38,966 nt of DNA, from positions 1 through 38,966 of the forward strand of contig JBEGJV010000002.1 of the NCBI GenBank assembly GCA_041184385.1. Reading direction: 5' to 3'. Position numbers and translations under genes: made by a program. Shown here in pieces: positions 33,937 to 38,966 of this stretch. This stretch comes from Actinomycetota bacterium (GTDB lineage Bacteria; Actinomycetota; Acidimicrobiia; Acidimicrobiales; Ilumatobacteraceae). The notes under the pieces were generated by a model. The model had not been told where the DNA came from and did no database searches. It saw nothing but the letters and a program-made list of their open reading frames with translations. Position 1 is the stretch's first letter, and every line of letters starts with the position of its first letter.

Positions 33937-34971
33937 TTACGAGAAGAGGACCTCGCAACCGGTTCCGCGCAGGAGCCCGTCGACGTCGGCCCTGTCGGTC
34001 GCGGTGAGCATCGAGTGCTGCTCGCGGATCCACTGCAGGCACTTGCGCTGGTACACGAACGTTCCCTGGCTGTACGGGTGTCCGTCAATGACGCACTCGA
34101 ACGTCTCGTCGCCGGCGGCGATGGCTGCATCGTTCGCCAGCAGGAACGGCGCGTACGTGAGACCGATCTCCGGCAGAAGTGCGAGCGTCGTCCCGGGAAT
34201 CGTGTCGCGCGTGACCCAACCGTTGTCTCCGTCGACGTCCCACCAGGACAGGTCATCGGTGCGGTCGACCCAGTTCACCATGCGCGGCGAGTGCTCGATG
34301 CCGAGACGAACTGACACCGGGTCCCAGCGCAGCAACTCCGTCATCTGGCCGAACAACCCGAAGTCACCCCGGCCCGGTCGCTCGCCGAGGAGGAACGGCA
34401 TGTTCTCGAGGTGGTTCTCCATCATGTGGAGGATGCGGATGAAGGACTCCTCGATGGGTGCCCTGTTCTGTTCGGTCGAACCGACGAGTGCGCGCCTGCC
34501 GATCTGTCGCTCCGAGATGAACTTCTGCATGCGTTCCCACTTGTGCGACGGCGTCTGCTGGTCGCTGTCGAGCGGCAGCAGGTGCTTCGCCTTGTTGATG
34601 GCCTCGTCGTAGTACCAGCGGTAGTGGTACATCGCCTTCGTCACCCACTCGTCGGCGAAGTCCTCGATGAGGTAGTCGATGAACGCGATGACCGGGTCCT
34701 TCGGAACGAGGCTGCGGCCCTCGAACATCGACTCGAGCCGCATGATGAGGGGACTCGAGTCCATCTGCGCATCGCCGTAGTTGCCGGACTCGTCGGGGAA
34801 CGCAATGACGGGGATCAGCGGGAACGGCGGAAGGTCGTCCCACTTCGAGCCCTGCGGCACCCACTTGAAGGGGATGTGCCTGTAACGCATGACCGCACGC
34901 ATCTTCAGCGAGTACGGCGACCCGAGCGCACCCCGGATCCTGAGTGGGTGCTGCGCGTTTGACATGTTCAC
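33937..34971 (-). CDS. Glutathione S-transferase-like family protein (long, about 340 aa)
   Basis: N-terminal thioredoxin-like GST domain ...LGSPYSLKMRAVMRYRHIPFKWV...DSSPLIMRLE... followed by a helical C-terminal domain. Confidence 0.6.
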   Translation of the reverse strand: MNMSNAQHPLRIRGALGSPYSLKMRAVMRYRHIPFKWVPQGSKWDDLPPFPLIPVIAFPDESGNYGDAQMDSSPLIMRLESMFEGRSLVPKDPVIAFIDYLIEDFADEWVTKAMYHYRWYYDEAINKAKHLLPLDSDQQTPSHKWERMQKFISERQIGRRALVGSTEQNRAPIEESFIRILHMMENHLENMPFLLGERPGRGDFGLFGQMTELLRWDPVSVRLGIEHSPRMVNWVDRTDDLSWWDVDGDNGWVTRDTIPGTTLALLPEIGLTYAPFLLANDAAIAAGDETFECVIDGHPYSQGTFVYQRKCLQWIREQHSMLTATDRADVDGLLRGTGCEVLFS

Positions 34972-35015
34972 GGTGTAGTTCTAGCGTCTGCCCACTGCGA
35001 CTGTGGGGGTTGTCG

Positions 35016-36068
35016 ATGGAGCAAGCAATTCTTGCGTTGATGAAGAGGGTCGAGCCCGGCATCACGCACATCGAGATCGAGGAGCTCCAGCCGATTCCCG
35101 GCGGGTTCTCCCGCGAGACGTTCAAGTGTGACGTCAGGGTCACACGCAACGGTGTGGAAGAGACACTTCCGTTGATCGTCCGCAAGAACCCGCCGGAAGT
35201 AGAGGCCATTCTCAACACGAGTCGTGCGGTGGAACACGACCTGATCGAGGCAATCCGCACGCTGACGAACGTCCCCGTGAGCCGCAGCTACGGGTACGAA
35301 CTGGATCCCGCACCGTTCGGTGAGCCAGCGATGATCCTCGAACGTGCGAAGGGGAGCGGCCAGACGTCGGCACTCTTCAACGGCGGACCCGACGAGGACC
35401 AGACCGAGGACGTCATCAGGCATCTGTGCGAGGTTCTCGTCGACCTCCATTCCGTGGACATCGCGAAGGTCGACCCGAACGGTGCTCTCGTGGACCCACG
35501 GGGCGTGGGCGTGCGTGCCGGATCATGGGACGAGTACATGGACACCACGTTCGACTACTACCTGCGCGAGTACCAGACGATCGCGTGGGACCCCACGATG
35601 ATGATCCTGCTCGACTCCTTCCTCACGCTGCGTCGTCTGAAGCCGCGCCCGATGAAGCTGTCGGTCGTCCACGGCGACTTCAACCCGGCGAACTTCCTGT
35701 ACGCCGACGGCAAGGTGACCGCACTCATCGACTGGGAGAACAGCCGCATCGGCGACCCGCGCGAGGACCTCGGCTGGATGGTGCTGATGGACATTCTCAG
35801 CAACACCTCCGTCATGAGCTACCCGAAGAAGGAGGGTGGCTTCCTCGCGTACTACAACCAGCTGACCGGCCTCGACATCACGCCGGAGGAGCTCGGCTAC
35901 TTCACCCTGTTCGGCACGGCCAACATCGCAGTGCCCGTCCACCAGTCGGTTGCGCGACGCATGCGCAAGGAGCACCTGTTGCTTCTCCCGCTCTATCTCA
36001 CCCAGTCGAGCATGCCCGCACTGCCCGCCATGGCGCAGTTGATGCAGTACCCAGGAGCAACAGCATGA
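35016..36068 (+). CDS. Aminoglycoside-phosphotransferase-fold (APH/ChoK) kinase family protein
   Basis: Start ATG 35016. Catalytic loop VVHGDFNPANFL and metal-binding IDWENSRIGDPREDLGW. Confidence 0.8.
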   Translation: MEQAILALMKRVEPGITHIEIEELQPIPGGFSRETFKCDVRVTRNGVEETLPLIVRKNPPEVEAILNTSRAVEHDLIEAIRTLTNVPVSRSYGYELDPAPFGEPAMILERAKGSGQTSALFNGGPDEDQTEDVIRHLCEVLVDLHSVDIAKVDPNGALVDPRGVGVRAGSWDEYMDTTFDYYLREYQTIAWDPTMMILLDSFLTLRRLKPRPMKLSVVHGDFNPANFLYADGKVTALIDWENSRIGDPREDLGWMVLMDILSNTSVMSYPKKEGGFLAYYNQLTGLDITPEELGYFTLFGTANIAVPVHQSVARRMRKEHLLLLPLYLTQSSMPALPAMAQLMQYPGATA

Positions 36069-36571
36069 ACACAGTCCCCACAGTCGACGATCTCCTCGAG
36101 GGGTTCATCATCGCGTTGAACAACGAGATCATGCCGTTCCTCAACAACCCGAAGGCGGTCGCCACTGCGGCGATGATGCAGTCGTTGCTGCAGGAGATCC
36201 GCCAGGTTCTGCCGGTGTTCGACAGGACGATCGCCGAGGAGCACAACCAGATGACGCAGACGCTGCGCGATGTCGCCGCGCTGCTGCACGGAGTCAGCGG
36301 GGAGGAGGCCGACCGCATCCGCGCCCGCGCATCGACTCTCGGGTCGCTGACGGATGTGCCGGTGCCGGTCGACCAGGAGCCTGTCCGCGCCGCACACCAG
36401 AAGCTCGGCTATGCGCTGCAGGACACCATCTCGGACCTCGACGTTCTCCAGAGAGCAGGGGAGACGAAGGCCGACGAGGCGCTGACGCGGCTGCGCATGT
36501 TCCTGATGCCGACGATCATCAACCACGTGACTGCGATCAGCGTCGGTGGCGGCATGGTCGGCCGCGGCTGA
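36065..36571 (+). CDS. Hypothetical helical protein (168 aa)
   Basis: ATG 36065 overlaps the kinase stop (ATGA). It is in frame with the tail of ORF 35426..36571, shows coding-like GC3 bias, and matches no family I recognise. Confidence 0.5.
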   Translation: MNTVPTVDDLLEGFIIALNNEIMPFLNNPKAVATAAMMQSLLQEIRQVLPVFDRTIAEEHNQMTQTLRDVAALLHGVSGEEADRIRARASTLGSLTDVPVPVDQEPVRAAHQKLGYALQDTISDLDVLQRAGETKADEALTRLRMFLMPTIINHVTAISVGGGMVGRG

Positions 36572-36590
36572 CCTGACAAGGGCACGCGAG

Positions 36591-36998
36591 ATGACCGGTG
36601 CGGGAAAGAAGGCGGTGTTCCGCCGGGCATCGGACTGCGAGACGGAGGCGTGGCGCGATGACGTCACAGGTCATGTCGACTGGTGGACGCTGTTCAGCTC
36701 CGACCGCACCGACACTTGTGGTCTGACGGTGGGGATTGCCGAGGTGCCGGTGGGTGCGCCGCGGCCGCCGCGCGGTCACACCCACGAACAGGCCGAGGTC
36801 TACTTCTTCCTCTCGGGCACCGGTGAGGTGGTTATCGAGGGGGAATCGACACCTGTGACCACAGGCGACGCGGTGTTCATCCCGGGCAACGTGGAGCACA
36901 TGTCGGTGAACACCGGCGCGGAACCCCTGAGGCTGCTGTATTTCTTCGCGGCCGATTCCTTCGCCGACATCGTGTACAAGTTCCCCGGCCAGGGGTAG
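36591..36998 (+). CDS. Cupin domain protein
   Basis: Start ATG 36591. Metal-site motifs ...RGHTHEQAEVYFFLSGTG... and ...GDAVFIPGNVEHMSVN.... Confidence 0.75.
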   Translation: MTGAGKKAVFRRASDCETEAWRDDVTGHVDWWTLFSSDRTDTCGLTVGIAEVPVGAPRPPRGHTHEQAEVYFFLSGTGEVVIEGESTPVTTGDAVFIPGNVEHMSVNTGAEPLRLLYFFAADSFADIVYKFPGQG

Positions 36999-37022
36999 GG
37001 CAACCAAGGTTCTCAGCCGCAG

Positions 37023-37059
37023 GACTGTTCCGACCGTCACAGACTGTTAACAAACAGTC
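37023..37059. promoter_or_regulatory. Repeated GACTGTT motif (direct plus inverted) in the AT-rich region upstream of the LamG gene
   Basis: GACTGTT at 37023-37029 and 37042-37048. The second copy forms the palindrome GACTGTT-aaca-AACAGTC (37042-37059). A further CTGTT lies at 37065. The region is 28-64 nt upstream of ATG 37087. Confidence 0.4.
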
Positions 37060-37086
37060 AAGGCCTGTTGGATGTATCGTTGTCTT

Positions 37087-38966
37087 ATGCGCAAGGTCAA
37101 TTGGACAAGACGAGCGGTGGTTGCGGCCATGTCGGCGGCTCTCATGGGGGCGACCATGCTGGTGGTCCCGTTCGCGCCCGTGGCCTCCGCGATCACCTCG
37201 GGCATCGTCGCGACTGACCTGGTGCTGAACCTCGACCCGAACCTCAATGCCTCCTACCCGGGGAGCGGCACCACGGTCACCGACCTGAGCACCGCCGGCC
37301 GCAACGGCACGCTCGCGGGCAGCCCCCTCCCCACATTCGATTCCTCGGGTCCGAAGTCGTTCTCGTTCACGCGTGCCTACGTGGGCAACACCTCGAGCAC
37401 GGCCAGCAAGATCTCAGTGAACGGCAACTTCCTCACGGACAACTTCACCCTGCAGACGTGGATCAAGACGAGCCAGGTGGGCTACAACACGGCGCACTAC
37501 ACGACCAGTTACATCATGGCGTCCGAGTGCGGCGGCGGTGCCAACGACTGGGGACTCGGAGTCAACAGCGGAGGAAAACTCGCCTTCGGTGCGGGTCCGA
37601 ACGACGCGACGTTCGCCACCACGGATTCCGTGAACACGAACACCTGGGTCAATGTCGCGGCAACACGCGAGAAGTCCACCGGCCAGATCAAGCTCTACAT
37701 CAACGGTGTCCTGAAGACGACCGGAACGGGCAACGCGGGGAACTCGTTGACGTGCTCCGCGGACGGCAAGACGTGGATCGGCAACGGCCAGGACGCGCCT
37801 GCCTACAGTTTCGGCGGCAACATCAGTTCCGTGCTCGCCTACACGAGTGTCCTCAGCGCAGCGGACATCCTGGCCAACTACAACGCGACGGTGAACACCT
37901 TCTATCCCGTCACGTACACGATCACGTACAACGCGAACGGCGCCACATCGGGCTCGGTACCGGCGAACGGCAGCTACACGTCAGGTGGTGCCGCCGCGTC
38001 GGTTGCCGGCAACACGGGGACCCTCGCGAGGACCGGGTACACGTTCGGGGGTTGGAACACCGCAGCTGACGGGTCGGGCACCGCTTACGCAGCGGGCGGC
38101 AGCACGTACTCGACGAACTCGGACGTCACGCTCTATGCGGACTGGACACCGATACCCACCACCACGACGACAAGCACAACCACCACGGTTCCCGCCACGA
38201 CCACCACCGCGGCACCGGTTCTCCAGATCGTCATCAACAACCCGGTCACAACAACAACGATTGCCGCGTCGGCATCCCCGTCGTCGGTTCTCTCCGGAAC
38301 CGTCACCGTCCCGCAGACAACAGTTCCGTTGAAGGGCGCCGCGAGCGGTGCGAAGGTCAACGGCCAGACGGGTGCGACGACAACGTCGACAACTGCGGCC
38401 CCCGGCCCGACCACGACGACCGTTCCGGTGCCGGCCGTGCCGGTTGTCGAGACGGGACAGGCCGCCGTCACGAAGGACGGAAAGGTGGAGAAAGCCACCG
38501 TGTCGCGGCGTGACAACAAGGTGGTCATCTCGGTCGGTGCGATGAGTGCCGAGGTGTCGTCCGTCGACTCGAACGGCAGGACCCTCGCACTCGACTCGGA
38601 AGGAAACGTGACTCTCGAGCCGGGGGCCCGTGTCGCCATCAAGATCGCCGGGTTCGAACCGGGGACCGACGTCGAGATGTGGATGTTCTCCACGCCGATT
38701 CGCATCGGGACGGCCACAGTGGGGCCGAGCGGCACGCTCAAGACGATCGTCGTGATCCCGAAGGACGTGCCCACCGGCGCCCACCGCGTGGCAATCACCA
38801 CGAAGGAAAAGGGCAAGGACAAGGTCACGTTCACACTCGGTGTGACCGTGCGGAAGTTCACCAAGGAATCAAATATCGCCACATGGTTGATCGTTGTTCC
38901 GATCCTCTTCGCGGTCGGCGCGGCCCTGTTCCTGCCGCCGGCGCTCCGCCGGCGCCGCAAGGACGT
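37087..38966 (+). CDS. Secreted, membrane-anchored surface protein: LamG/concanavalin-A-like lectin domain, Listeria-Bacteroides (Flg_new) repeat, Thr-rich linkers, Ig-like region and C-terminal TM anchor; 3' end runs off the window
   Basis: Absent from the ORF track because there is no in-window stop. I translated frame 1 from ATG 37087 to 38966 with no stop codon. Signal peptide MRKVNWTRRAVVAAMSAALMGATMLVVPFAPVASA. LamG_3-like ...NTWVNVAATREKSTGQIKLYINGV.... Repeat ...YTITYNANGATSG...GYTFGGWNTAADGSG...VTLYADW. Anchor ...WLIVVPILFAVGAALFLPPALRRRRKD. Confidence 0.8.
   Translation, partial: MRKVNWTRRAVVAAMSAALMGATMLVVPFAPVASAITSGIVATDLVLNLDPNLNASYPGSGTTVTDLSTAGRNGTLAGSPLPTFDSSGPKSFSFTRAYVGNTSSTASKISVNGNFLTDNFTLQTWIKTSQVGYNTAHYTTSYIMASECGGGANDWGLGVNSGGKLAFGAGPNDATFATTDSVNTNTWVNVAATREKSTGQIKLYINGVLKTTGTGNAGNSLTCSADGKTWIGNGQDAPAYSFGGNISSVLAYTSVLSAADILANYNATVNTFYPVTYTITYNANGATSGSVPANGSYTSGGAAASVAGNTGTLARTGYTFGGWNTAADGSGTAYAAGGSTYSTNSDVTLYADWTPIPTTTTTSTTTTVPATTTTAAPVLQIVINNPVTTTTIAASASPSSVLSGTVTVPQTTVPLKGAASGAKVNGQTGATTTSTTAAPGPTTTTVPVPAVPVVETGQAAVTKDGKVEKATVSRRDNKVVISVGAMSAEVSSVDSNGRTLALDSEGNVTLEPGARVAIKIAGFEPGTDVEMWMFSTPIRIGTATVGPSGTLKTIVVIPKDVPTGAHRVAITTKEKGKDKVTFTLGVTVRKFTKESNIATWLIVVPILFAVGAALFLPPALRRRRKD

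Noticed and set aside
1-38966. Search for tRNA, rRNA, CRISPR repeats, transposase or integrase genes, terminal inverted repeats, and classic defence or toxin-antitoxin gene pairs.
   Set aside because: The intergenic gaps are short, the longest being about 160-185 nt. None shows cloverleaf-like arms or regularly spaced repeats, and no ORF has recombinase, nuclease or toxin hallmarks. I therefore do not claim a mobile element or defence island in this window.

Overview
GC-rich window with strong third-position GC bias. It looks like a chromosomal segment of a high-GC Gram-positive bacterium (Actinomycetota-like); the taxon is inferred from protein families, PHO-box-type repeats and apparent leaderless starts. 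I call 38 protein-coding loci, densely packed, many with 1-4 nt start/stop overlaps. I found no rRNA, tRNA, CRISPR array, transposase or integrase.

Gene content, left to right:
- modB (3' fragment) and modC.
- A reordered phosphate transporter locus, pstC-pstA-pstB then pstS. GTTCACC direct repeats phased at 11 nt precede both pstC and pstS. PstS carries an insert of about 105 aa.
- DUF4916/NUDIX-like protein, a Nei glycosylase, and a minus-strand run of TetR, 1-Cys peroxiredoxin, MacB-type ABC ATPase, FtsX permease and PPOX/F420-type protein.
- A TetR/MFS divergent pair with a perfect 15-bp inverted-repeat operator.
- folD, then a secreted S8 protease with two FN3 domains, a thioredoxin, and a secreted 7-blade RCC1 propeller.
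- An alternating purine-pyrimidine tract of about 70 nt (Z-DNA/cruciform-prone), directly upstream of a short type IA topoisomerase.
- ppa, a small membrane protein, hypothetical-Usp-TRIC, HAD, an FMN-dependent alpha-hydroxyacid dehydrogenase, an acyl-CoA dehydrogenase, an enoyl-CoA hydratase and a GT-C membrane glycosyltransferase.
- A TetR gene broken by an 11-bp tandem duplication.
- A translationally coupled GT4 / (alpha/alpha)6-like / GH130-like operon whose last gene carries a 1-nt frameshift.
- GST, then APH-type kinase, helical hypothetical and cupin.
- A 3'-truncated secreted LamG / Listeria-Bacteroides-repeat surface protein that the ORF track misses because it runs off the window.

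I see no recognisable defence, toxin or mobile system. The candidates most worth follow-up:
- The secreted-protein cluster, where the protease and the propeller share a C-terminal two-Cys basic module.
- The Z-DNA-prone tract in front of the topoisomerase paralogue.
- The two adjacent disrupted genes (TetR and GH130-like) and the uncharacterised glycan operon they belong to.
- The Pho-regulated split pst locus with an insert-bearing PstS.

Functional calls rest on motif recognition by eye. No database search was run.
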